From: a virus
Taxonomy: Duplodnaviria > Heunggongvirae > Uroviricota > Caudoviricetes
Strand: one strand, 5' to 3'
Length of the DNA: 64,000 nt
Virus record (IMG/VR): IMGVR_UViG_3300012016_000001
Span: 1 to 64,000 of that record
Position numbers and translations under genes: made by a program. Shown piece after piece: positions 14,874 to 25,534 of the stretch (position 1 is its first letter; each line of letters starts with the position of its first letter). The notes under the pieces are model-generated. The model was not told the DNA's origin. It was given only the letters and a program-made list of their open reading frames with translations, and searched no databases.

Positions 14874-15048
14874 TTGTTATGATTACAATAATTAAAAATT
14901 ATATTCAATGTGATGAGTGTAATACACACTTATCTTATGATAATAAAGATACTTATATTTCTTACAATTGGAATCATACACATCAGGTCTTATATGTAGA
15001 CTGTCCGAAATGTGGTAATACAATTGCAATAAAACGAATTGAATAACT

Positions 15049-15396
15049 ATGGCAACAATTAAGAAAGAAGAATATCCAATAAAAAATAATGGATTTTATT
15101 GTTTAGGTAAATACTATGACTGTAAATTTGCAATTAAGCGGGATATTAAAATGATTCTGCAAGAAGCCAAAGCGTCTCATAAAGATACTTTTGATGAACT
15201 TTATGACAGGAGTACATTAAAGGCAAATAAAATTCAAATATTTGTAGATGAAGATGATGTTCCTATTTATGGAATGATTGTATATCTTATAGACTATAGC
15301 AACGGAAAAAATAGTAGGTATGCTTGTGGTGGATATTACCCATTTTGGGATGATAAACTTTTTCCGCATCCATATCAAGAAAGCATTTGTTGGTAA
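15049..15396 (+). CDS. hypothetical protein
   Basis: 115-aa ORF. Confidence 0.45.
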   Translation: MATIKKEEYPIKNNGFYCLGKYYDCKFAIKRDIKMILQEAKASHKDTFDELYDRSTLKANKIQIFVDEDDVPIYGMIVYLIDYSNGKNSRYACGGYYPFWDDKLFPHPYQESICW

Positions 15397-15411
15397 TAAA
15401 ATAGAATAATT

Positions 15412-15843
15412 ATGACAACAATTAAATCATATACAGATATAGAGCAAAGCTGTAAATTAGCAAAATTTCTGCCAATAGAAAGTGCAGATATGAAAATATT
15501 ACCTTTTACAGAGGAAGAGTATAGAGTGGTATTAATTAAAGATATCGCTGTATGTAATAGAGAGGATGAAATTCCATGTTGGTCACTCGCTGCATTACTA
15601 AATTTATTGCCAAGTGAGTTTACAGAAAAAGGTAAATATTCTACAACCACATATAAAATTAATATACGTAAATATAAGTTTACTGATGAAGTAGATTTAC
15701 ATCAAATTGCTTATGGTAGTTATAAATGGTATGAAGATGGCGGCTATACATGGAAAGATATGATAAACACTGGCGAAAAAGAAAATTTAATTGATGCTGC
15801 ATTTCAAATGATTTGTTGGTTAAAAGAAAATAATAAGTTATGA
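15412..15843 (+). CDS. hypothetical protein, paralog family B member 1
   Basis: SYTDIEQS.KLA..LPIESADM and PCWSLAALLNLLP are shared with ORF 15840. Confidence 0.5.
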   Translation: MTTIKSYTDIEQSCKLAKFLPIESADMKILPFTEEEYRVVLIKDIAVCNREDEIPCWSLAALLNLLPSEFTEKGKYSTTTYKINIRKYKFTDEVDLHQIAYGSYKWYEDGGYTWKDMINTGEKENLIDAAFQMICWLKENNKL

Positions 15844-16184
15844 AAAGTTATACAGACATAGAACAATCAAAGAAACTTGCAGAAATTTTACCAATTGAAA
15901 GTGCAGACATGTACTACCGTAACAATGGAATAGATGCAAAACTTATGTGGGAACACAATACTCCAGAGGTGAAATATCCTTGTTGGAGTCTTGCTGTACT
16001 ACTTAGTATTTTACCAGATTCAATATATAACAATACAAATGAGTTTAGTCAGCTGGAATTTTCAAAAAGAAGTGTTGCCTATCACGATATGAATGATGGA
16101 ATTAAAGTTGGTTCAATTAAAGACAATTTAGTTGATGCATGCTATGAAATGATTATCAAGCTACATAAATTAAATTTATTGTGA
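15840..16184 (+). CDS. hypothetical protein, paralog family B member 2
   Basis: MKSYTDIEQSKKLAEILPIESADMY ... PCWSLAVLLSILP. Confidence 0.5.
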   Translation: MKSYTDIEQSKKLAEILPIESADMYYRNNGIDAKLMWEHNTPEVKYPCWSLAVLLSILPDSIYNNTNEFSQLEFSKRSVAYHDMNDGIKVGSIKDNLVDACYEMIIKLHKLNLL

Positions 16185-17311
16185 TTATGGAAGAACTTAC
16201 TATAGAACAGAAAGCAAAAGCCTATGATGAGGCTTTAGAAAGGGCAAGAAAAGAACTACATATATGTGGTTCCATTGATTGTGATGCAACAAGACAAATA
16301 TTCAGATTTTTCCCCGAACTCAAAGAGAGCGAGGATGAGAAGATAAGAAAGTCATTACTTGAATATCTACATACGCTTCCAAATCATTATGCTCATAATG
16401 GTGTTTGTGCCCCTGAATGGATTGCTTGGCTTGAAGAGCAAGTTCCAGTTCATCTAAGTCATGATGATGAAATCATGATTAGGCAACTCACTGAGTATTT
16501 TACAACAGGTAAAGGATTGCAAAATACTAATGACACTGTTGTAGAATGGCTTACAGATATTAAAAGGAAACTTGAAAAGCAAGGCAAGCAGAAATCTATT
16601 GATGACTTAACTCAACAAGAGGCTATGGATATTGCTGTTGGCAAATGCTTTGAACAAGGTGAACAGAAAACTACAGACAAGGTCGAACCAAAGTTTAAGG
16701 TTCGTGATTGGGTAGTAGATAAGAATGGAATAGTTAAACAAATCTTATCTTATAAGGATGGTGTATATAGGCACACAGACGGCTATTCTGCAACAATATT
16801 TGAAGATGAGTGGAGAATGTGGGACATTATCCAAGACGCAAAAGATGGGGATATACTTGTTACTATGGATGATGAACGTCCATTTATATATAAAGGTTGT
16901 CTTGATTCTAACCATCCAGATTCACCTGTTGCATATTGCGGAATTAACAGTGAAGGACATTTTCAAATAGGTGGAGATAAGTTTGCCACTTGGTGGACAG
17001 ATAGAAAAGTTCAACCAGCAACTAAAGAACAGTGTGATACTCTACTTAAAGCAATGGCTAATGCAGGATATACATTTGACTTTGAAAAGAAAGAGTTGAA
17101 GAAGATTGAACAAAGTTCTACTTGGAGTAAAGAAGATAAACAATACTTCAATTTTCTTGAAAAACTATTAGAAAATCTACAAGTAAAATCAACAGAAAAT
17201 GAGATTAAAAAAGGAACTGTTAATAATAGCGAATATTATTATAAAGTCATACAATGGCTAAAATCTATCAAAGATAGATATACTTGGAAGTCTGACAAGA
17301 CTTTAAAATAA
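16181..17311 (+). CDS. hypothetical protein
   Basis: 376-aa ORF. No motif recognised. Confidence 0.55.
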   Translation: MIMEELTIEQKAKAYDEALERARKELHICGSIDCDATRQIFRFFPELKESEDEKIRKSLLEYLHTLPNHYAHNGVCAPEWIAWLEEQVPVHLSHDDEIMIRQLTEYFTTGKGLQNTNDTVVEWLTDIKRKLEKQGKQKSIDDLTQQEAMDIAVGKCFEQGEQKTTDKVEPKFKVRDWVVDKNGIVKQILSYKDGVYRHTDGYSATIFEDEWRMWDIIQDAKDGDILVTMDDERPFIYKGCLDSNHPDSPVAYCGINSEGHFQIGGDKFATWWTDRKVQPATKEQCDTLLKAMANAGYTFDFEKKELKKIEQSSTWSKEDKQYFNFLEKLLENLQVKSTENEIKKGTVNNSEYYYKVIQWLKSIKDRYTWKSDKTLK

Positions 17312-17312
17312 C

Positions 17313-17537
17313 ATGCCAAAACAATTAACTTTTTTCCCAGAACTAGCTTTGAAACTAGTAACAGATTTAGATGAACTTGCAACTAAGTATTCTTCTAACA
17401 TTCCTATTCCACCTGAAATAGAAGATATAGCTGCTTGGAAAAAGAACACAGAGGAGCATTTTAAAGATGGTGCTAAGATGGTTCTTGCAGATGTTATAGA
17501 TTTGTTAAAAAAGTACACTAATTTACACGAAGTATGA
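17313..17537 (+). CDS. hypothetical small protein
   Basis: 74-aa ORF. Confidence 0.35.
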   Translation: MPKQLTFFPELALKLVTDLDELATKYSSNIPIPPEIEDIAAWKKNTEEHFKDGAKMVLADVIDLLKKYTNLHEV

Positions 17538-17643
17538 AGTACAAGAAAATGGAGGCTTATTTAGAAGGTAAGCAAGCATGGTTTGATAAATTACCACAGA
17601 GTGTCAAGAACGGATTGAAAAGACCTGGTTCAGTAAAAACAAG

Positions 17644-18072
17644 ATGATAAACAGAGTTAAGAATACTATTACCCCTGGATTTACAAAGGAGAATCGAAGC
17701 TCTTTTACATATTGGTTTGCCCACTGGTGTGCTTTCCAAATGACTGCTCTTAATCTTAAAAAATGGAAACCTAAGTATCTCTTTCATGATTGGGAAAAGC
17801 CTTGGATGCGATTATTCTGTAGTTATTCTACGGTACAGAAATGGCATCGATATCATAGAAGGCATCATCCAGAATATGGATTAAAAAATGGATGGGATAA
17901 AGTAGATTGGGACGAAATGATTATAGATTGGGAATCTTGTCATTATACAAAAATAGCGCAACCCTTAAATGTTATAGAAACTTTGAATTCTTTATATTGG
18001 GATAAGCCATATTTTTATATAATGCAAGATAATATTCTACCACGAGTAAAGAAACTAATAATTAATAATTAA
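17644..18072 (+). CDS. hypothetical protein
   Basis: 142-aa Trp/His-rich ORF. Confidence 0.4.
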   Translation: MINRVKNTITPGFTKENRSSFTYWFAHWCAFQMTALNLKKWKPKYLFHDWEKPWMRLFCSYSTVQKWHRYHRRHHPEYGLKNGWDKVDWDEMIIDWESCHYTKIAQPLNVIETLNSLYWDKPYFYIMQDNILPRVKKLIINN

Positions 18073-18074
18073 AT

Positions 18075-18275
18075 ATGAAATTAACTTGGACAAACGCTGT
18101 CTATTTACTAATATGGTTTGTATTAGTTATATTAGGTTTAGATTTAGCACTAGGATGGTTAAACCTTCCTAGTACTTTGGCTAACATCGGAGGATTATTC
18201 CTAATTTTCTCTATAGTTTTTATCTCTGTTAAAACAAAATTATTTACAAATTTTAAAAACCTATTTAAAAAATGA
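18075..18275 (+). CDS. small membrane protein (2 predicted TM helices)
   Basis: Hydrophobic segments AVYLLIWFVLVILGL and IGGLFLIFSIVFISV. Confidence 0.4.
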   Translation: MKLTWTNAVYLLIWFVLVILGLDLALGWLNLPSTLANIGGLFLIFSIVFISVKTKLFTNFKNLFKK

Positions 18276-19057
18276 AGAAAATTTTAATTGGTGTAGTCAT
18301 GGCCTTAATGGCCTTAACTAGTTTAACTAGTTGTGAGCGTGTTGACGCTGGTTGTGAAGGTATCAAGGTATCTCTTTATGGAGATGATCGTGGTATCGGT
18401 GATGTAAATCTGTGTACTGGATGGGTATTCTATAACCCTTGGACAACTCAGATTTACGAGTATCCTACTTATGTCCAGACCGTTGATTATGAACCGTTTC
18501 AAATCAATGCGAAGGATGGATCTAAATTTACAATTGATCCGAATATTAACATTAAAATTGAGGATGGTAAGAGTCCACAAGTCTTCAAAAAGTATCGAAA
18601 AGAGTTAGTTGATGTCATTAATGGGCCTGTACTCAAGTACATTAAAGATGCTTGCCGTATTGAAATCAATAAATTCACTACTGATGAAATTGTATCTAAT
18701 AGAGAATCAGTTGAGAATGCTATTGAAAGAAGATTGGCTGCATCTTTAGTTAAGGAAGGTTTCATTCTTGACCAGTTTACTTCAGGACTGCAATATCCAG
18801 AAACTATCGTTGAGGCTATTAATGCAAAGAACAAAGCTGTACAAGAAGCACAAAAGGCTGAAAACGAAGTAAAGGTTGCAGAAGCTGAAGCTCGTAAGTT
18901 GGTTGTAGCAGCTCAAGCAGAAAAAGAAGCTAATGAACTGAGACAGCAAGCTCTAACTCCGGAGATATTGCAAAAGATGTGGATTGAAAAATGGGATGGC
19001 AACTTACCTACTACTTTAGCAGGTCAGAGTTCTGTTCTATATATTCCCACAAAGTAA
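18272..19057 (+). CDS. SPFH/Band-7 (HflK/C-prohibitin-like) domain lipoprotein
   Basis: Lipoprotein signal MKKILIGVVMALMALTSLTSC. The C-terminal Ala/Glu-rich helix QEAQKAENEVKVAEAEARKLVVAAQAEKEANELRQQALTPEILQKMWIEKWDG is typical of the SPFH family. Confidence 0.65.
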   Translation: MKKILIGVVMALMALTSLTSCERVDAGCEGIKVSLYGDDRGIGDVNLCTGWVFYNPWTTQIYEYPTYVQTVDYEPFQINAKDGSKFTIDPNINIKIEDGKSPQVFKKYRKELVDVINGPVLKYIKDACRIEINKFTTDEIVSNRESVENAIERRLAASLVKEGFILDQFTSGLQYPETIVEAINAKNKAVQEAQKAENEVKVAEAEARKLVVAAQAEKEANELRQQALTPEILQKMWIEKWDGNLPTTLAGQSSVLYIPTK

Positions 19058-19080
19058 CTATTTAAAAAGGAAAATTAGGA

Positions 19081-19314
19081 ATGATAATTAGTTTGGTTAT
19101 TTCAATCATATTGCTTCATATAGCAAATAATACCAAGATAGATGGACAACCACTTCCTTATTGGGCTATGGTTTGCATGGTAGCAATTAGCTTAGCCTCT
19201 TGGCAATCAGCTATTGTAATGCTCTTTATTGCAATTGTAACCCTTTATAAAGGTATTAAAACCGGAGAGATTAGTACTTTAGAATGGATTGAAGACCTTG
19301 TAAATGATCGATGA
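19081..19314 (+). CDS. small membrane protein
   Basis: Two hydrophobic helices (IISLVISIILLHIA and AMVCMVAISLASWQSAIVMLFIAIV). Confidence 0.4.
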   Translation: MIISLVISIILLHIANNTKIDGQPLPYWAMVCMVAISLASWQSAIVMLFIAIVTLYKGIKTGEISTLEWIEDLVNDR

Positions 19315-19726
19315 TTTTGTTATTCTATCTAGTACCGAAATAGTAAGGTACAAAAATAAACCTTGGTTCAATACAGAAGTTTTCAAACTAACTAGCTTTT
19401 GTGGATACGAGAGTTATATAGTTCCAAAATCAAGACTGGAAGAAAAAGATCCAGAACTTATTGATGAGCTTATTGAAGATTTCGATTGGAACAAGGTAAA
19501 AAGAATAATGGAAGAGTTAAATTGGACATGGTGGGGTAGTGATAATCCTCCTACTATTGAAGAAATGCAAGAGATGGTTCGTAGTTTATATTCTAGTATA
19601 AAAAATAGAGTAGAAAATAACGAATATTGTTTTTGCTCTTCAGGAGGATTTAATCTTACTTTTAATCCAGATAATGAACTTTCTTTAGTTTTTGAAGCTG
19701 TAACAGGCGCAGTCTATAAAGAGTAA
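19304..19726 (+). CDS. hypothetical protein
   Basis: 140-aa ORF. Confidence 0.45.
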   Translation: MIDDFVILSSTEIVRYKNKPWFNTEVFKLTSFCGYESYIVPKSRLEEKDPELIDELIEDFDWNKVKRIMEELNWTWWGSDNPPTIEEMQEMVRSLYSSIKNRVENNEYCFCSSGGFNLTFNPDNELSLVFEAVTGAVYKE

Positions 19727-19727
19727 T

Positions 19728-20204
19728 ATGAGCCTCTCGAAAAGACAGGAGTATAAAAGATTGAAGACTAGTCTTGATAGACTATTTGTATTTCTTCACA
19801 AAAACTATAATATTAATTATGGTGGATGTTGCTGGCTGTCATATTGTTTAGCAAATAATTTAGAAAGATTAGGCATTAATTACGATCTTATTTTATATAC
19901 AGACGAGGATTATACAGAAAAAGATGCTTACTACAACATTAAAGATAGAGTTGAAAATGAATTTCCTACTGGGGATGAAACAACTAATCACTATACTCTT
20001 AGGGTAAGAGGTATGGGAATCCTTAACAAGGACCCAGGTGAACCCTTTATTGTTGTACATGGTATTGATTCTGAAGACCTTAAATGGATATATGATAATG
20101 GAGATTGGAATAAATGCTACAACCCAAAGATTAATTATGAAATTAAAAACTTAGTAGACATAACCTTCAGAATTTATGAAGAAGAAACCAGAGAAATTGC
20201 TTGA
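19728..20204 (+). CDS. hypothetical protein
   Basis: 158-aa ORF. Confidence 0.45.
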   Translation: MSLSKRQEYKRLKTSLDRLFVFLHKNYNINYGGCCWLSYCLANNLERLGINYDLILYTDEDYTEKDAYYNIKDRVENEFPTGDETTNHYTLRVRGMGILNKDPGEPFIVVHGIDSEDLKWIYDNGDWNKCYNPKINYEIKNLVDITFRIYEEETREIA

Positions 20205-20412
20205 CATGCAATGTAAGCGTTGTGGGAAAGTGACCCACCACTACCTCTCTAAAAATGGAGAGATTGGCGAGTACAAATGTGTACGTTGTCAAACAACTAA
20301 TAAAACAATTAAAGTGAAGCCTGAACGTAAAGTTGTCTTTGAAATGGATGCTGAATTTGAGGCTGAACTTAACGCTGGACAAGCTAATGTCAATAATCCC
20401 AGTTCAATCTAA
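20176..20412 (+). CDS. zinc-ribbon small protein
   Basis: CKRCGK ... (19 aa) ... CVRCQ, two CxxC pairs. Confidence 0.4.
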   Translation: MKKKPEKLLDMQCKRCGKVTHHYLSKNGEIGEYKCVRCQTTNKTIKVKPERKVVFEMDAEFEAELNAGQANVNNPSSI

Positions 20413-20423
20413 ATTTACAAAGT

Positions 20424-20909
20424 ATGATTAACAACTCGAATTCTCCTGCTCCTAAAGTAGTTCGGGCAGATGATGAAGATCGTTGGATTGATATCCACGA
20501 TCACGACCTGATGGTATCCCTAGGTATACAACAGCCTTTTTATGAAGGACGTGACCCTTCTGTATGGAGTAAGACTCCAGATGAAAAGGAAAAACTCAGA
20601 GTCTTAAAAGACCGTTGTACTACTATATTACCACGTCCTTGGCCCTATATAGAGCCAAGAGTACCCTTCTATGGTAAGCTTATTGTTCGTATTCGTCCTA
20701 GCAATAAGTTTAAATTCTTCGATAAGCACAAGAACGAACAGAAGAAGACCTACTTCTCTCATAAGCACGTGTGCATATCAGACATTCCTAACATACTGGC
20801 TCAATACTATGTATGGAAGGACAAAGCCCGTCAGACGTTGGTAATATCGTATACTTGGAATGGCAAAACCTACTCCTACAACGAGTTACCTAACTCCAGA
20901 TGGAAGTAG
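20424..20909 (+). CDS. hypothetical protein
   Basis: 161-aa ORF. Confidence 0.45.
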   Translation: MINNSNSPAPKVVRADDEDRWIDIHDHDLMVSLGIQQPFYEGRDPSVWSKTPDEKEKLRVLKDRCTTILPRPWPYIEPRVPFYGKLIVRIRPSNKFKFFDKHKNEQKKTYFSHKHVCISDIPNILAQYYVWKDKARQTLVISYTWNGKTYSYNELPNSRWK

Positions 20910-21136
20910 AATTTATCCAGCTTCATTCTTTCTTTATGAAGTAGTAACATACAAATTTTTTAATGAAAAGCAGATTAAAGGTAGAGTGGAGTTGGTCAAT
21001 TCTAAATTCTTTAAATCTTCCAAGCCCCTAAAACTAGGGTATAAGATTAAAAGAGAAAAAGATTACTCATTGGAAATGTCTATAGTTTGGGTAGGCGCAC
21101 CAATGGAATATATCAGAGATAATGATTTAAAAATTT

Positions 21137-21748
21137 ATGATCCAAAGAAAAATGAAAAAGGACGTCGTAATGTATCAAAAAGGAGTCATCACTGACTTCA
21201 AGGGTGTAGAACATCCATTTATTGTTTGTGCTCTTAGCACTAGTTCATTTAACGAAGACCCCGACTATGATGTCGCACTGACAGTCTATGATGAGGAGTT
21301 GGCAGATTACTGTGCAGATGCTCCTCTTCCTCGTGCTGTGTTCCTTGGAGTTGCAGTGTGTAATCCTGGATCTGATACGAAGGCTGGAGATGAATGGGAT
21401 GAAGAAAAAGGTAAGATGATTGCTCTTGCAAAGGCTAAGGGATTTAAGTTTCTCAAGCCAGAGAAAGCTGCAGCTATCTTCGCCACTCGTCCTGGACTTA
21501 TCAGTGAAATTCTTGTGTCCGCTCTCCTTACTAAGGAGGTCGAACATATAAAGGATTCCCCAGAAAGTGTGATTCCTGGTTACAATCAAATGAAGGCGCG
21601 TTGGGAGCAACAACAAGCTGCTAAGAAGTATCTGAGTGAAACCCCAGAACCACTCTTAGAGCTTGGAGATAAACTCTCTTCCCTCAAAGGAGACGAGGTT
21701 GAGAGAGTAATCAACGTTGCTCTAATTAAGTCTAATGAACAGCAATAA
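21137..21748 (+). CDS. hypothetical protein
   Basis: 203-aa ORF. The overlapping 20860-21195 ORF is a possible alternative. Confidence 0.5.
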   Translation: MIQRKMKKDVVMYQKGVITDFKGVEHPFIVCALSTSSFNEDPDYDVALTVYDEELADYCADAPLPRAVFLGVAVCNPGSDTKAGDEWDEEKGKMIALAKAKGFKFLKPEKAAAIFATRPGLISEILVSALLTKEVEHIKDSPESVIPGYNQMKARWEQQQAAKKYLSETPEPLLELGDKLSSLKGDEVERVINVALIKSNEQQ

Positions 21749-21939
21749 GTTCGTTATAGGCACTTTCATATGTAGTTTCATAGTCTTAGGATGCCTATAT
21801 TATTGGGTAGTCAACTTTTCTCCATGTGTAGTAACTCCAGAGGATATACTACTGAGGAAGGTTGACTCCCTCACTATTAAAGTAGACTCTATAAATAGAG
21901 CTAATGATAGTATAAAAGTAATTATAGACACTACTGAAA

Positions 21940-22365
21940 TTGAAATTCAACATACATATGAAAAGTATATCGAAATTCGTGATCGCATTACTTATCAGTC
22001 TGTCTATTCCGATTGTATGTTCTTCTCAAATTACTTATCCCAGGATAGTCAACGATTCATTGATACTATTAACTTCCAGACAGTTGAAGCATACTAATCT
22101 TATATTTGCTGAACATGAAATGCTGTTAAAAAAAGTTGACCTATTAGAAAGTCAAAATCGGCAATTTAGGGTTCTTATGTTCAACTATGAACAACAAGAT
22201 TCTTTAAAAAATAATCTTATTGAAGTTAATAAAGAGTTATACGAAAGTACCATTTATAAGTTAAATGAAAACCTAAAAAAAGAAACTCGTAAGAGAAAAC
22301 TTAGTCAATTAGGTTTATATGGAACTATTGTGGCTGCTTTAGCAACTCTTTTAATTATTAAATGA
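21940..22365 (+). CDS. hypothetical secreted/membrane coiled-coil protein
   Basis: N-terminal signal-like KFVIALLISLSIPIVCSS, a coiled-coil middle region and a C-terminal TM segment. The overlapping frame 21735-22097 is the alternative. Confidence 0.35.
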   Translation: MKFNIHMKSISKFVIALLISLSIPIVCSSQITYPRIVNDSLILLTSRQLKHTNLIFAEHEMLLKKVDLLESQNRQFRVLMFNYEQQDSLKNNLIEVNKELYESTIYKLNENLKKETRKRKLSQLGLYGTIVAALATLLIIK

Positions 22366-22513
22366 AATATACTCGATTAGATAGGGATTCTGAAGGAGTA
22401 CATTATAAGTATCTCGATAGGTCTTGTAAGCAATGCATACGCTATCCATGTTTTGAAGGTATAGAGAATTGTAAGTCTGACTTTGCCAAATACGGTTGTA
22501 AAGATTATAAGGA

Positions 22514-22819
22514 ATGACTACTATTCTTGCTATATTAGAGGACAAGCTCGACGAAGGTATGGGCTATACCACCTATATATTTAGAAATCTAGAAGAAAAT
22601 AAATGGAATCTAAAATATAAGATGGTAACACGATGCCCTAACTGGGACCATCGTGCAATTAATATAGGCGAGGAAGGGTTTTTAACTTATCAGGACTGCA
22701 AGGCAGGTGAGACTACTTGGTATGATGGAAAAGATTTCCATTATTATAAAACCACTATGTCTCAATTCATGAAATTTATTGCTAGACCTAAACAAGTTAG
22801 TACAGATTACGTAATGTGA
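22514..22819 (+). CDS. hypothetical protein
   Basis: 101-aa ORF. Confidence 0.4.
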   Translation: MTTILAILEDKLDEGMGYTTYIFRNLEENKWNLKYKMVTRCPNWDHRAINIGEEGFLTYQDCKAGETTWYDGKDFHYYKTTMSQFMKFIARPKQVSTDYVM

Positions 22820-22882
22820 GTAAGGACTCACTTAAAAAATAAAGATTATGAAAAATTAAAAAATTGAAAATGTAAGAATTTA

Positions 22883-23773
22883 ATGGGAATTTTAGGTGAC
22901 AAATTGACAGCAGCTAAGGAAGCAAAAAGTAATAACATCAATACTTTCGTTTGGAAAGGTCCTAAGAAAGAGGTTGATGGTAAAGTAGTACAGGAAGAGG
23001 TGATGTTGAAAGACGCCACCGAGGCACAACTGAGAGAGTTCTATGCCCACTGTATGTCAATGTTACATAGCCAAGACAAGGTTAATCCCGGAAGATATAC
23101 ACTTCTTGGTATTATTAAAGAACAAAGAGATTGTTGTAATGCTGAACTTTTCGTGAGATGGCTTGAGAACAAGTATAAGAAAGATAATCCTGTGCGTAAG
23201 GAGTATCATAGATATTTGTATCTTCAGGATTTGCGCACTATCCTTAATAACAATAGGGAACAGTTTGATCTTAGCCATCTAGACCAGTATGCTATTGAGA
23301 CAGTTACGCAGGGAGCTCCAATGGAGTTTCGTGATGTAACTATAGCTAAGGCACAAAGTGCTTGTCTGGACACTCTTGGAGAGTTTAATAAGAAGCATCT
23401 TTCTCTTAACTTTATTACCAAGTTAGGATTGTGGTTTACTCCCGCTGAAATCAAAGACCTTACGGAAAAAGATGAAAACGGAAAGACCAAGGATAGATTA
23501 GCAGTTATTCGTGAACGTCACGGGTTGAAGGCTAGTATTAAGCTTTATATCAATCCAAAGGGACTCAACTATACAGAACTTCGTGCTATGCTTAATTTAA
23601 AGAGCAAGAGTCGTAAGTATTCTGACCTCACTACAGACCAGCTTGTTACTTTACGTGACAAGGTGTTGTTCCGTTTTGAGGAAGAGGTTGATTTCCACAT
23701 CCAGCAATGGGAAGAGCGTATCGAACAGCTCAAGAAAGTTGCTGAAATGAAAGGAATAAATTTGGATGAATAG
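22883..23773 (+). CDS. hypothetical protein
   Basis: 296-aa ORF. No motif recognised. Confidence 0.5.
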   Translation: MGILGDKLTAAKEAKSNNINTFVWKGPKKEVDGKVVQEEVMLKDATEAQLREFYAHCMSMLHSQDKVNPGRYTLLGIIKEQRDCCNAELFVRWLENKYKKDNPVRKEYHRYLYLQDLRTILNNNREQFDLSHLDQYAIETVTQGAPMEFRDVTIAKAQSACLDTLGEFNKKHLSLNFITKLGLWFTPAEIKDLTEKDENGKTKDRLAVIRERHGLKASIKLYINPKGLNYTELRAMLNLKSKSRKYSDLTTDQLVTLRDKVLFRFEEEVDFHIQQWEERIEQLKKVAEMKGINLDE

Positions 23774-23842
23774 AGTTCAGCTGGGAGAGGTTCTTTTGAA
23801 TCTCTCCCTTAATCTGCCCCTTGAGACGTTAGTATATTTGCT

Positions 23843-25132
23843 ATGCGGAGTGGGACAGATGATTTGTTTGTAATAGCTGATAGAACAGCACGACAAGAAG
23901 AATGTAGAAGAAAATGGATACAACATAAATGTGTTGGAACTATAGTTGCAGCAACTGGCTTTGGTAAAACCAGAGTTGGAATGAACTGCATAGAAACTAT
24001 AGTAAAGCATTATCCTAACTTCCGTTGTTTAGTAGTAGTTCCTACAGACACACTACAGAAACAATGGAAGAGTCAACTAGATGAAAAAGGTTTAGGTCTT
24101 AACTGTGATGTATTAGTAATAAACACAGCTGTAAAAGAGAAAAGGCAATATCATTTAGTTGTTCTGGATGAAGTACATAGATATGCTAGTGATGTATTTT
24201 CTCAAATATTTAAGCAAGTGGGATTTAAATACATTTTAGGTTTAACTGCAACCTTTGAAAGACTAGATGGAAAGGAAATATTACTATCCAAACATTGTCC
24301 TGTAATAGATTCTATTACTTTGCAGGATGCTATAATGAATGGATGGGTATCTCCTTTTACAGAGTATGAGGTGCTTTTACAAGTAGATAATATAGAAGAA
24401 TATGAACTCCTTAATAAGGAATTCACTGAACACTTTGAATTCTTCAATTTTGATTTTAATTTAGCTATGCTCATGGTTGGTAAAGATGGATGGAAGAATC
24501 GACAGGCGTATCGTGATAAAATATGCCCTAAAGATGCTTCAGCCTCAGACAAAAAATTCCTTTTGTCTAATATAACATATCACGCAATGGGATTTATGAG
24601 GACCATACAAGCCAGAAAGAAATTTATAAATGAGCATCCTAAAAAGATTGAAATTGCTAATAAGATTATTGAAGCAAGAATGGATAAGAAAATAGTTACT
24701 TTTTCAAAGAAAGTATCTATGGCTGAACAGATAAAATATGGTGAAGTATATACAGGAAAAACTTCTAAGAAAAGGAGTGCTACAGTACTTGAAGACTTCA
24801 ACCAATATGCTACAGGAGTACTCAATACTTGTGAAAAAGTAAATGAAGGACTTGATGTACATGGTTTATCTGTCGCTATCATCCTAGGACTAGATTCGGC
24901 ACACCTTAAGGCTATTCAAAGAGTAGGAAGAGTAATTAGACATGAAGCCGGAAAGAAAGCGGAAATATTTAATCTTATCATTGACAAGACTGTTGAAACA
25001 AAGTGGTTTAGTACTTCCCATCCCGAAGGGAGTTATAAAGTCATAGATGAACAAGGACTAGAAAAAGTGTTAAGAGGAGAAGATCCTGGAGAATATGTCA
25101 GACCAGCAACTAAATTCGTATTTAGGTTCTAA
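23843..25132 (+). CDS. superfamily-2 (DEAD/DEAH-like) helicase
   Basis: Walker A VAATGFGKT, motif II VVLDEVH, motif III LGLTAT, motif VI QRVGRVIRH. Confidence 0.75.
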   Translation: MRSGTDDLFVIADRTARQEECRRKWIQHKCVGTIVAATGFGKTRVGMNCIETIVKHYPNFRCLVVVPTDTLQKQWKSQLDEKGLGLNCDVLVINTAVKEKRQYHLVVLDEVHRYASDVFSQIFKQVGFKYILGLTATFERLDGKEILLSKHCPVIDSITLQDAIMNGWVSPFTEYEVLLQVDNIEEYELLNKEFTEHFEFFNFDFNLAMLMVGKDGWKNRQAYRDKICPKDASASDKKFLLSNITYHAMGFMRTIQARKKFINEHPKKIEIANKIIEARMDKKIVTFSKKVSMAEQIKYGEVYTGKTSKKRSATVLEDFNQYATGVLNTCEKVNEGLDVHGLSVAIILGLDSAHLKAIQRVGRVIRHEAGKKAEIFNLIIDKTVETKWFSTSHPEGSYKVIDEQGLEKVLRGEDPGEYVRPATKFVFRF

Positions 25133-25534
25133 TTTTTGGAAAATAGTTTCAGAAGTCTCTATCATGTTAGCCATAGGAGGCAAATGGTTTTGGAGAGTAG
25201 AACCTAGAGATGGTGCATTAGAATTTTCAGATAAATATTTTATAAGTGCAGCAGATGCAGAACAAGATTTAATAACTTTTCTAAAAAATAAGGTAGTATG
25301 AAAGGTTCGGAAATGGTGGAATTGCTTATTCTTGAGCAAATAGTATCAACATATCAAAGTGCACAATTTAAGGGTTTATATGACAAAATGTATGATATGG
25401 AAAAGTTATTAGCTAGATACAATGAGCTATCCATGCTCTTTATGAAACCCTATGTAAAGAATTCCGACTCGGGAGAGTAATACATCTTTTACAGTAAGAG
25501 ATTAGAACTTCAAAAATCTTAATCTTGAACTGTT

